Positions 1 to 8,018 of a stretch of 64,000 nucleotides of DNA are shown here, piece by piece. The stretch's first letter is position 1, and each line of letters starts with the position of its first letter. Under the pieces are notes generated by a model. The model saw only the letters and a program-made list of their open reading frames with translations. It was not told the origin of the DNA and searched no databases. Origin of the DNA: Dehalococcoidales bacterium (GTDB lineage Bacteria; Chloroflexota; Dehalococcoidia; Dehalococcoidales; UBA5627); contig JAQTUQ010000005.1 of the NCBI GenBank assembly GCA_028707255.1, forward strand, positions 5,539 to 69,538, given 5' to 3'. The position numbers and the translations under genes were made by a program.

Positions 1-190
1 CCCTACCCAGATACTTCATTCGTCCCTCACGAATTCAGTATGACAATATCTCCCAATAGTCGTTGCGAGTCCATTCCCGATAGGGAAGGCGAAGCAATCC
101 CTTTGCCTCGAATTAATAACTGCGATAGCATAATATTATATACACGGTAGAGATTGCTTCATTCCGATAAATCGGAATGAAGCAATGACA
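1..190. repeat. Cluster of intergenic hairpin repeat modules (family-A half at 1-46, family-B modules at 61-120 and 150-190)
   Basis: 1-46 is the reverse complement of the left arm at 53797 (TGTCATGCTGAATTCGTGAGGGACGAATGAAGCATCTGGG). 150-190 is a near-perfect hairpin (GAGATTGCTTCATTCCGAT AA ATCGGAATGAAGCAATGACA), the same module as 39473-39517 and 57312-57355. Confidence 0.8.
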
Positions 191-226
191 TTTTTTACCT
201 CTTCCCCCACTTCCTAATTAATCCCC

Positions 227-661
227 TTATGGCGGCGGTACCGTCGTTGTAACGGTTGTCGTTACCGTCCTGGTACTCGTTGACGTAATCGTAGTGTACA
301 CCGGCGACAGGAACGCCATCGTTGTTGTAATCGTGATTGTGGGAGTACTGGTTGTAGTCACTGTGGCGGTTGTGGTACTTGTCGATGTATAAATCAATGT
401 TACCGGGGTTGTCGTCGTGACAGTGAATACAACAGGCGAGATTACCGTTTCCTTAACCGTAGATGGAACAGTCGTTGTTGCCGTGTTGGTTTGAGTAACA
501 GTGGCAGTTACAGGACTCGTTGTGGTAATTGTTATCACCAGAGGGGATATCGTCGTTTGCGTAGTTGTAACCGGGACTGTTATCGTAGCCGGAGTTCCTT
601 CGCACCCAGTAACAAATAGTATCAAAATTACCAGAATTATTGCCGTTAACAACTTTCGCAT
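227..661 (-). CDS. Thr-rich low-complexity lipoprotein (hypothetical)
   Basis: ATG preceded by GGAGGA SD. Signal peptide plus lipobox FVTGC. The mature part is dominated by T/V/I/P/S with almost no charged residues. Confidence 0.65.
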   Translation of the reverse strand: MRKLLTAIILVILILFVTGCEGTPATITVPVTTTQTTISPLVITITTTSPVTATVTQTNTATTTVPSTVKETVISPVVFTVTTTTPVTLIYTSTSTTTATVTTTSTPTITITTTMAFLSPVYTTITSTSTRTVTTTVTTTVPPP

Positions 662-850
662 CTTTTATCTTCCTCCTCTACTCCCTTTTCCTTACAACGC
701 TCTATTATCATATTAGTTAGTACGATGTGCCACAGTCAATACTTTAACGTATATTTTTTCAACAAATTTAATATAACAAGATATGATTTCATCTCCATTC
801 AGAGTGTCAATTCTCTCACTACCGTCATTACAAATGAAAAAGATAAATAT

Positions 851-1072
851 TCCGCTCGCCCTGAGTTCATCGAAGGGTCAAACGAGCGGAATCTAGATAT
901 AATTAATTTAATCGCCGCCGCTATGGTTCGATCCTGATTATTCGGAACTTTGCTACTCCCCCAACTGTCATGCTGGAGTTCGTGATGAACGAACGAAGCA
1001 TCTGTGGTTGGGTGGAATAATTTCCCCTCTCCCAAGATTCTTCGTCCGCCTGCGGCGTCCTCCAGAATGGTA
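851..1072. repeat. Repeat mosaic: family-C hairpin (851-890), C' fragment (913-935), full family-A element (966-1072)
   Basis: TCCGCTCGCCCTGAGTTCATCGAAGGGTCAAACGAGCGGA hairpin. TGTCATGCTGGAGTTCGTGATGAACGAACGAAGCATC ... GATTCTTCGTCC..CTCCAGAATGGTA matches the copies at 56239 and 57416. Confidence 0.85.
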
Positions 1073-1152
1073 AAAAACCATTTATCATTTGAATATTTGC
1101 ATGTCTTGACCTACAATAAAAACCGTCAGGAGATGGCAAAGGAAAGAGCAAA

Positions 1153-1713
1153 ATGGAAACACTGAAAATCACATCGCCAATCGATGAAAAATTAATCAAA
1201 GACCTGAAAACGGGAATCAAAGTCCTCATTTCGGGGACTATTTATACCGCCCGCGATGCGGCGCATCTTAAAATGATTCAAGCATTGGGAAAAGGAGAAA
1301 AGCTGCCTTTCAATATCAAGGGGCAGACTATTTACTACATGGGACCCTCCCCCGCCCGCCCCGGACAGGTTATCGGCTCGGCAGGACCGACAACATCAAG
1401 CAGGATGGACGAATACACTCCGAAGCTGTTGTCACAGGGCTTGAGAGCCATAATCGGCAAAGGAAACCGTTCACCAGAGGTAATACAAACTCTTAAAAAA
1501 TACAACGCTGTATATTTCGTTACCTTCGGCGGCGCCGGCGCACTCATATCCAAGTGTATCAAAAAAGCGGAAGTCATCGCCTACCCGGAGCTTGCCGCGG
1601 AAGCTGTGATGCGATTGGAAATAGAGGATTTGCCCGCCATCGTTGCCAATGATATTTACGGAAATGATTTGTACGAAACAAGCAGGGCTGCGTATCAAAA
1701 AACGGAGGTTTAG
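1153..1713 (+). CDS. Fe-S hydro-lyase beta subunit (class I fumarate hydratase / tartrate dehydratase beta-type)
   Basis: 186 aa. Recalled family features: SGTIYTARDAAH, GPTTSSRMD, GKGNRS, typical of the C-terminal/beta domain of class I fumarases. Confidence 0.8.
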   Translation: METLKITSPIDEKLIKDLKTGIKVLISGTIYTARDAAHLKMIQALGKGEKLPFNIKGQTIYYMGPSPARPGQVIGSAGPTTSSRMDEYTPKLLSQGLRAIIGKGNRSPEVIQTLKKYNAVYFVTFGGAGALISKCIKKAEVIAYPELAAEAVMRLEIEDLPAIVANDIYGNDLYETSRAAYQKTEV

Positions 1714-1717
1714 AGTT

Positions 1718-2062
1718 ATGGAAGATTGCATCTTTTGCAAGATAATAGAGGGAAAGATTCCCGGTGATTTCGTCTTTAAAGACGATGAAATCGTCGCTTT
1801 CAAAGATATTCACCCACTCACTCCTACCCACCTGCTGGTGGTGCCGATTAAACATATCGGCGCATTGACAGATCTGGCTACGACGGATAATACGCTGATG
1901 GGTAATATGATTGCGGTCGCCAATAAAGTAGCAAGGGACGAAAGAATAGCAGACAGCGGATACAGGTTGGTTATTAACAGCGGCAAACATGCCGGTCAAC
2001 TGGTCGCCCACTTACATATTCATGTTCTCGGGGGCAGGCAAATGTCGGGCGATTTCGATTAA
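1718..2062 (+). CDS. HIT-family (histidine triad) nucleotide hydrolase
   Basis: ATG 5 nt after the upstream stop. CIFCKI N-terminus and the histidine triad HLHIHVLGG. Confidence 0.9.
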   Translation: MEDCIFCKIIEGKIPGDFVFKDDEIVAFKDIHPLTPTHLLVVPIKHIGALTDLATTDNTLMGNMIAVANKVARDERIADSGYRLVINSGKHAGQLVAHLHIHVLGGRQMSGDFD

Positions 2063-2072
2063 TAAACAATAT

Positions 2073-2331
2073 TGTCTTTGCGAGGAGTCCCTCTACACTG
2101 TCATTCTGAGACGAAGACGAATGAATCTCATATAAATCAAAGAGGGACGACGCGACAATCTCTTTGCCTCGAATTACTAATTACGTTAACCTAATTTTAT
2201 ACAAAGAATAAAAATTCCGTTCGCCCAGAGTCCCGACAAGTCGGGATCGAAGGGTCAAACGAGCGAAATTAAACTATCTCTCTCATAAAGCCGTTATGGA
2301 TTCGACAAGCTCACCACGAACGGCTTTTTTT
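2073..2331. repeat. Repeat mosaic: ~105-nt long-hairpin module (2073-2178), family-C (2216-2267), family-C' hairpin plus T-run (2290-2331)
   Basis: 2080-2170 is about 90 percent identical by eye to 57194-57279. GCCGTTATGGATTCGACAAGCTCACCACGAACGGC followed by TTTTTTT could act as a terminator for the HIT gene. Confidence 0.85.
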
Positions 2332-2381
2332 GTTTTATCCAAACTAACTAAAACTCTTGGATAATAATGAAACCGGTATTT

Positions 2382-2906
2382 TTATTTCAAAAACATGTAG
2401 TAAAGAATGCCGGCAACGCTCTTGGCATCACAGATTTTTCCTGATTTTATGTAATCGGTTATCGATTTTATGGGAACCGGCACTACTTCGATACTATCGG
2501 TATCCTCGGCATGCAGTTTGGCCGGCGCCAGGTCGCTGGCAAGATACAGGTGCAGATATTCGGTATTATAACCCGGCGAGGCATAAAAACCGCCCATGCT
2601 TATTATCTTATTGGGCAAATAGCCGATTTCTTCCTGCAGTTCCCGCCTGACGGTTTCAAGCGGATTTTCCCCCGGTTCGACACCCCCTGCCGGCAGTTCC
2701 AGCAAGTCCTTGCCGGCGGCTCTGCGATACTGTTTGACCAAAAGGATATTACCAGACCTGTCGATAGGTACCACAACCACCGCATCACTGTGTTCGACGA
2801 TTTCGCGCGTAGAAGTACTGCCATCCGACAAACGGATTTCATCGATGCGAACACTAAATAAATCGCCTTTAAAAACGGCTTTGCTGGACAATGTTTCTTC
2901 AGACAT
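2382..2906 (-). CDS. NUDIX hydrolase (ADP-ribose pyrophosphatase-like)
   Basis: Nudix box GGVEPGENPLETVRRELQEEIG. Start placed at MSEETL (ATG 2906), because the longer ORF to 3131 overlaps the GNAT gene. Confidence 0.85.
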   Translation of the reverse strand: MSEETLSSKAVFKGDLFSVRIDEIRLSDGSTSTREIVEHSDAVVVVPIDRSGNILLVKQYRRAAGKDLLELPAGGVEPGENPLETVRRELQEEIGYLPNKIISMGGFYASPGYNTEYLHLYLASDLAPAKLHAEDTDSIEVVPVPIKSITDYIKSGKICDAKSVAGILYYMFLK

Positions 2907-2907
2907 A

Positions 2908-3378
2908 TTATTCCCTTTCCCCCATATGATACCAAAGCGCCGACTCGTCGCAATCAGGGAACTTGCGACAGCGATAGCATTCGCCCCAGACCTTATGCGG
3001 CAACTCCTTTTTATCCACCAGTTCAAAACCGCATTTGACAAAGAAATCGGGAACATAGGTGAGACAAAAGACGGTGGGGATGCCCAGTTCCTTTGCTTCA
3101 TCAAGGCAGGACTCGACCAACTTTTCGCCAACCCCGTGTTTCTGGTACTCTTCGGTTACGGCGATAGATTTTACTTCAGCTAGGTCTTCCCAATTGACAT
3201 GCAAAGCAACACAGGCTACTACTTCGTCATTTTCGCGCACAACGAAGTAATCCCTGATATTTTCATAAATTTCAGAAAGCGAACGTGGCAACATCTGCCC
3301 GTTGGCTGCAAAGTGGTTTACCATTTTATGTATCTTGCCGACATCGCCTATGCGTGCCTTTTCTACCTTGTATTCCAT
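2908..3378 (-). CDS. GNAT N-acetyltransferase (short ArgA/NAGS-like)
   Basis: Acetyl-CoA motif YQKHGVGEKLV. C-terminal Cys-rich tail VWGECYRCRKFPDCDE, as I recall for COG1246-type enzymes. Confidence 0.75.
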   Translation of the reverse strand: MEYKVEKARIGDVGKIHKMVNHFAANGQMLPRSLSEIYENIRDYFVVRENDEVVACVALHVNWEDLAEVKSIAVTEEYQKHGVGEKLVESCLDEAKELGIPTVFCLTYVPDFFVKCGFELVDKKELPHKVWGECYRCRKFPDCDESALWYHMGERE

Positions 3379-3382
3379 CTAT

Positions 3383-4207
3383 TTACCTCTTTAATTTCTT
3401 TTCCAGAGTGCCGTAGAATTCTTTCGGTTTTAATCTCCAGAAGCACGTCCTGACATCGCTGTGTTTTACTTCGACAGAATACCCGCCATCTACAGGCAGG
3501 CTGATGTGGCCGTCAACACTTAAAACGGCCTTGTGAATTGCGGCAACCTGCAGTCTTACCACTGACGAGACAGGAATAACGAGTATTTTATCAAAACTCA
3601 TATGCGCCATTATCGGCGATAATAAATAATCCGCCGACTGAGGATTCAATATCGGCCCCCCGGTAGCCATTGAATATCCGGTACTGCCGGTAGCGGTGGC
3701 ACAGATAACCCCATCGGATTTATAGGTGGTCAGCAGTTCCCTGTCTATATCAGCCGTTACGTTGATGATGCGCGCAATCTCTCCGCGGGCAATTACAATA
3801 TCGTTAAGTACGTTAAACGAACGGATTTCACTGTTGCATTCATCGAATAACTCCGCTTCCAGCATTATCCGTTCATCCATCCATCCGCCGCCATCCAGAA
3901 GCCGGGCTATTTTCTCGACTGCCGTATCCGGTGCGATTTCCGTTAAAAAACCGATTTTACCCAGGTTGACGCCGATTATCGGTATTGCATGGGGAACGAT
4001 AGCCTGAGCGGTTCTTAGTATCGTGCCATCGCCGCCGACGGTTATGGCACAATCCATATGCGGCAGATTCTGTTTAAGGCAATCCCCTTCCCATGCCGAA
4101 CAGAGCCAAACGGAAAGGCCGCGGGATATCAAAAAGGACTCTATCATGCCTGCTAACGCTAAGGCACCTTCGTTTAAAGGATGGTACACAATACCGAATT
4201 TTTTCAT
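3383..4207 (-). CDS. nadK: NAD+ kinase
   Basis: GGDGT motif (TVGGDGTILR). 274 aa, typical NadK/PpnK architecture. Confidence 0.9.
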   Translation of the reverse strand: MKKFGIVYHPLNEGALALAGMIESFLISRGLSVWLCSAWEGDCLKQNLPHMDCAITVGGDGTILRTAQAIVPHAIPIIGVNLGKIGFLTEIAPDTAVEKIARLLDGGGWMDERIMLEAELFDECNSEIRSFNVLNDIVIARGEIARIINVTADIDRELLTTYKSDGVICATATGSTGYSMATGGPILNPQSADYLLSPIMAHMSFDKILVIPVSSVVRLQVAAIHKAVLSVDGHISLPVDGGYSVEVKHSDVRTCFWRLKPKEFYGTLEKKLKR

Positions 4208-4298
4208 CTATACAGCCTTTATATTAATGGAATAAGTATTTTTTAGAGTGAAAAAGAAGTGTAACATCGATGCAATTTCGTGTCAATAGATTGGCAAA

Positions 4299-4670
4299 CT
4301 ACTTACGCCGCGTAAAATATACCAGCGCTATACCTAAAACAACGACAACCGCACCCCATATCCATAAGGGGCTGGTGGCTACCCATTTTATAATAAAAAG
4401 CAGATAAAATATTGCTAAAATGCCTAACCCGATAAGGATATACCCCAGCATTCTTCCGCGGGCACGGCGCCTTTGCTGGATTCTCTCATCTTCAGCATCC
4501 TGTGCCGCAATCAGAGCAAGACGTTTCTCTCGTATCGCAGCCTCTTCTTCAGGCGTATATCTCACATATTGTTTGCCGGTGTCCTGTCCCATTTTGGATA
4601 GGCGAGTCACCCCGAATATCACAAGAATTACAGCAATTATGATACCGATTTCTAAAAGCCCGAGTTTCAT
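4299..4670 (-). CDS. TatA/E-like N-terminal segment fused to a C-terminal 2-TM hairpin (hypothetical membrane protein)
   Basis: The N-terminus EIGIIIAVILVIFGVTRLSKMGQDTGK fits the TatA pattern TM-FG-x2-[KR]-L-x3-G-x3-GK. It is followed by a charged helix and two further TM segments. Confidence 0.5.
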   Translation of the reverse strand: MKLGLLEIGIIIAVILVIFGVTRLSKMGQDTGKQYVRYTPEEEAAIREKRLALIAAQDAEDERIQQRRRARGRMLGYILIGLGILAIFYLLFIIKWVATSPLWIWGAVVVVLGIALVYFTRRK

Positions 4671-4798
4671 TCGTTCTCCATCTCCGATTGGCTTTAACTG
4701 AATTTATATAGCATAGCACATCGCATTAAAAAGGTTAAATTGGCAACCGTGATTTTTTACACTATTCCGATGTAATTCCCGGCTAAAATCGCCTTATC

Positions 4799-6040
4799 TC
4801 ATTCGACGGACTTATTGATATCGTCTTCTTTATATTCGACTTTATCGTTATACATCGATGCCGTATCCAACTGCTGCCGACTATTATAAATAAAGAAAGT
4901 TACCAGCAATACAATCCCGATAACAATAAAAACAATCAACAGTATTAGCAGAGGGAACAGCGCCCCGGTTGATAACCGTATCAACCAATCGTGAATAACG
5001 GGCATAGCTGCCATTTCCTGCTGCGCTACTGCCTCACTGATTATCCTTAACGAACTCAAATAGAAAATCAGAAGGCAGGCACCGAAAATAAAAGAGACAA
5101 TCCCCAGATTAAGAGCAGACCATTTGATATTGCGATAAACAAGTATGATTCCGGCTATAAGCAGCAATATCAATACGATTAGCAGTATGAATGCTATATT
5201 AAATATTCTTACTCCCTCTCTTGAATCACGCAGGGTCTGTTCGAATTCAGTAGTATCGATAGTTATCACAGTTCCGTCGTCGGATGCAAATAATTCTTCA
5301 TCTACGGTTAAAGACTGCTCGATATCTCCGGAGGCTTCTTCGAAAAGTAAATCGAATGCCTGCGCCAGTTCAGCCTGAGATAGTCCCTTATACTCCTGCG
5401 GAGGCGATGATAAAAACGACTGCTTCAAATTATTCTTAAGAGCATCTTTTAAAGTTATCAAAGAAACCGTTACTTCGAATGTATCGCTGTTGCCGAGCAC
5501 ATAATCCAATGACATAGGAATAATTAAAACGGACTGTTCCTTAAACCAGGGTTCGATATCAGCCGCAATATCGTCTACATAATCTGAATATGATAAACCT
5601 GCCGGCAACCCGCTATCCGTAATAATATTTTCGATAAAGTCTTTCAGAAGCGGTTTCAAATCCATGCCTTCAACTATCGATATAATAAAATCAGCGTTTA
5701 AAACTGAATCTCCCAGCGATTGAGTAAGATTAATGCTGTCGCTTCTGGAGTTCAGATAATCGTAGATGTCGGTGATAAACATAACCGCACGTTCTTTTAT
5801 CGCTTCTTCGTTATCTTCTATAACTCCGATTATTATATCCATCTGTTCTGATTCTTCTATATCACCCTGCAGGAGAGCCTCCTCTATTATGTCAGTAACC
5901 GGAATATCTTCGACCAGCGATGTAACGTAAGAGACGTTCAATGCCGTCGTTTTTACAGTTAAAGCGACACCAAAAACACAGAGAGAAATAAAAAGAATTA
6001 TACTGAGCAGAACCGCGCCGATAATCTTAGGAGCACTCAT
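4799..6040 (-). CDS. Hypothetical polytopic membrane protein with large acidic extracytoplasmic domain
   Basis: 413-aa ORF. N-terminal TM, about 250 aa of D/E-rich domain, then 4 C-terminal TM segments. I recognise no family. Confidence 0.6.
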   Translation of the reverse strand: MSAPKIIGAVLLSIILFISLCVFGVALTVKTTALNVSYVTSLVEDIPVTDIIEEALLQGDIEESEQMDIIIGVIEDNEEAIKERAVMFITDIYDYLNSRSDSINLTQSLGDSVLNADFIISIVEGMDLKPLLKDFIENIITDSGLPAGLSYSDYVDDIAADIEPWFKEQSVLIIPMSLDYVLGNSDTFEVTVSLITLKDALKNNLKQSFLSSPPQEYKGLSQAELAQAFDLLFEEASGDIEQSLTVDEELFASDDGTVITIDTTEFEQTLRDSREGVRIFNIAFILLIVLILLLIAGIILVYRNIKWSALNLGIVSFIFGACLLIFYLSSLRIISEAVAQQEMAAMPVIHDWLIRLSTGALFPLLILLIVFIVIGIVLLVTFFIYNSRQQLDTASMYNDKVEYKEDDINKSVE

Positions 6041-6286
6041 TTTTTACCTCCTTAAAACAAATCCTACATCTGCTATCACGATAGTATGCCAATAAAGCAT
6101 GCGATGTCAACAGATGTAATCTATATACAGGGGATTCTTATAAATCTATGAATAATAATTCGACGCCGCTTCCTTTCCCAATTCGTCGGGACCCAGAGCA
6201 AACGGAAGTGACCCAAATCGATTAAAAAGAAACGGGGAATAATGTGATCCATATCGTAATAGTTTATAAAAGTTTGTTAATGTCTC

Positions 6287-6315
6287 TTGACAAGCAGCCT
6301 TAAAAATGATAAATT
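6287..6315 (+). promoter_or_regulatory. Sigma-70-like promoter of the hrcA-grpE-dnaK operon
   Basis: TTGACA (6287-6292), 17-nt spacer, TAAATT (6310-6315), immediately upstream of the CIRCE-like element. Confidence 0.6.
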
Positions 6316-6324
6316 AAGGATACT

Positions 6325-6351
6325 TTAGCAATCTAAGACATTGATTGCTAA
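6325..6351 (+). promoter_or_regulatory. CIRCE-like HrcA operator (variant)
   Basis: Perfect inverted repeat TTAGCAATC-N9-GATTGCTAA, versus the consensus TTAGCACTC-N9-GAGTGCTAA. It lies directly upstream of hrcA. Confidence 0.8.
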
Positions 6352-6365
6352 CGGGGGTTAAAGAA

Positions 6366-7415
6366 TTGAATAACAGGACAGCGACAATACTCGGTTCCAT
6401 AACCAGGCAATATATTTCCCGGGCGGCGCCGGTATCATCGGCAAGCGTAGTTGTCGATTGCGGACTGGATATCAGTTCGGCAACTATACGCAATGAGATG
6501 GTTATGCTGGAAAACGCCGGATATATTATCCGCCCGCATCATGCCGCAGGCAGCATTCCTTCCGATAAAGGCTATCGCTTTTATGTGGAAAACCTGAACT
6601 ATGTCGATTTGCCCATAGAAGAACAGCGCCTCATCAGTCACCTGTTTCACCAGGTAGAGGAAAACCTGGAGCAATGGCTTTCACTGGCGGTTACTTTGCT
6701 TTCACAGCGCGTTCAGAATATAGCCATCATGACATCCCCCAAACCTCCGTCATGCCGCTTTAAGCACATGGAGCTGGTTTCCCTGCAGGAACAACTGGCG
6801 CTGGCAGTGCTGGTACTGAGGGGAGCCGTTGTACGCCAGCAACTGGTTAACTTCGAACAGCCGGTAACACAGGAAGAACTGAGAATTATAGCGGATAAAA
6901 TGGTAAAGAACTGCACCGGGCTATCCGCCTTTCAGATATCCAATAAAACAATGAAGATTCCCCCTAACGAGCAAAGGGTAGTCGATTGCATCGTCAAGCT
7001 GATGAGAACGGAAGACGGACGCAGCAACGAAGACTCGTATGTAGACGGCCTGCATTATCTCATGAATCAACCAGAATTTAATACAGGGAACCGCATGGTT
7101 GGTCTGATGGGGTTGGTTGAACAAAGAAAATTAATCGAAGCAATGATGGATAACCAGCTCAATGAATACGGGGTACAGGTGATTATCGGTAAAGAAAACA
7201 GGGCTGAATCCATCCAGAATTTCAGTGTTGTGCTCAGTCGCTACGGCATACCCGATGAGGCAATTGGAACCATCGGAGTGGTCGGACCTACCCGCATGCA
7301 TTATGCGCGTACTATCTCGGCAATCAGCTTCATATCGTCGATGATGAGCAAGCTGATATCCGACCTTTATGGCAGGGAAACTCATAACAACAGAAAAAAG
7401 ATGCAAAACAACTAA
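6366..7415 (+). CDS. hrcA: Heat-inducible transcription repressor HrcA
   Basis: Full-length HrcA-like sequence followed by grpE-dnaK. The start is ambiguous (TTG 6345 lies inside CIRCE; TTG 6366 preferred). Confidence 0.9.
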   Translation: MNNRTATILGSITRQYISRAAPVSSASVVVDCGLDISSATIRNEMVMLENAGYIIRPHHAAGSIPSDKGYRFYVENLNYVDLPIEEQRLISHLFHQVEENLEQWLSLAVTLLSQRVQNIAIMTSPKPPSCRFKHMELVSLQEQLALAVLVLRGAVVRQQLVNFEQPVTQEELRIIADKMVKNCTGLSAFQISNKTMKIPPNEQRVVDCIVKLMRTEDGRSNEDSYVDGLHYLMNQPEFNTGNRMVGLMGLVEQRKLIEAMMDNQLNEYGVQVIIGKENRAESIQNFSVVLSRYGIPDEAIGTIGVVGPTRMHYARTISAISFISSMMSKLISDLYGRETHNNRKKMQNN

Positions 7416-7436
7416 CGTTCCGGAGAGTAATAAGTC

Positions 7437-7970
7437 ATGACAAAAGACAAGAAGCACGAAAAGTTTGATGATAAAGAATTAAAGCATGCGCAAGAGGAAA
7501 CAAATGACTCTGCGGAAACCGGTGCACCGCAGCCGGATGTAAAAAGCGAAGCCGAAACATACCTGGATAACTGGAAAAGGACTCAGGCCGATTTTGTAAA
7601 TTACAAGCGGCGCAGCGAGCAGGAGAAAGAGGATACTATCAAGTTCGGCAATTCGATGCTTTTACTTGCTTTGCTCCCGGTACTGGACGACCTGCAAAGA
7701 GCGCTGGACTCGGTTCCGGAAGAGATAAACAATATTCCGTGGGTGGAAGGCATAAGGTTGATAGAACGCAAGTTCAACAACTGTCTGGAATCACAGGGAG
7801 TCAAGGTTATTAAAACGGAGGGAGAAGCCTTCGACCCGAATATACATGAAGCAGCTCTGCATGTCGACGGCGAGGACGGAATTATAATCGATGAGTTACA
7901 AAAAGGGTACAAATTATATGACAGGGTGATACGACCGGCAATGGTTACTGTCGGTAACGGCAATAAATAA
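7437..7970 (+). CDS. grpE: Nucleotide exchange factor GrpE
   Basis: Position between hrcA and dnaK. GrpE C-terminal motifs (FDPNIHEA, RPAMVTV). Confidence 0.92.
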   Translation: MTKDKKHEKFDDKELKHAQEETNDSAETGAPQPDVKSEAETYLDNWKRTQADFVNYKRRSEQEKEDTIKFGNSMLLLALLPVLDDLQRALDSVPEEINNIPWVEGIRLIERKFNNCLESQGVKVIKTEGEAFDPNIHEAALHVDGEDGIIIDELQKGYKLYDRVIRPAMVTVGNGNK

Positions 7971-8018
7971 TAACAGAAATAAAAGGTATGAGTTAACTTA
8001 AGGAGGATTTTTAAACAT

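Noticed and set aside
501-716. 71-aa plus-strand ORF opposite the Thr-rich lipoprotein gene
   Set aside because: It has no SD and gives a Val/Gly-rich mirror translation of ACN-rich codons. The minus-strand ORF has a strong SD, a signal peptide and a lipobox.
2907-3131. N-terminal extension of the NUDIX ORF (track ORF 2382-3131)
   Set aside because: The extension overlaps the GNAT gene in another frame. The NUDIX domain begins right after the internal ATG at 2906, which abuts the GNAT stop.
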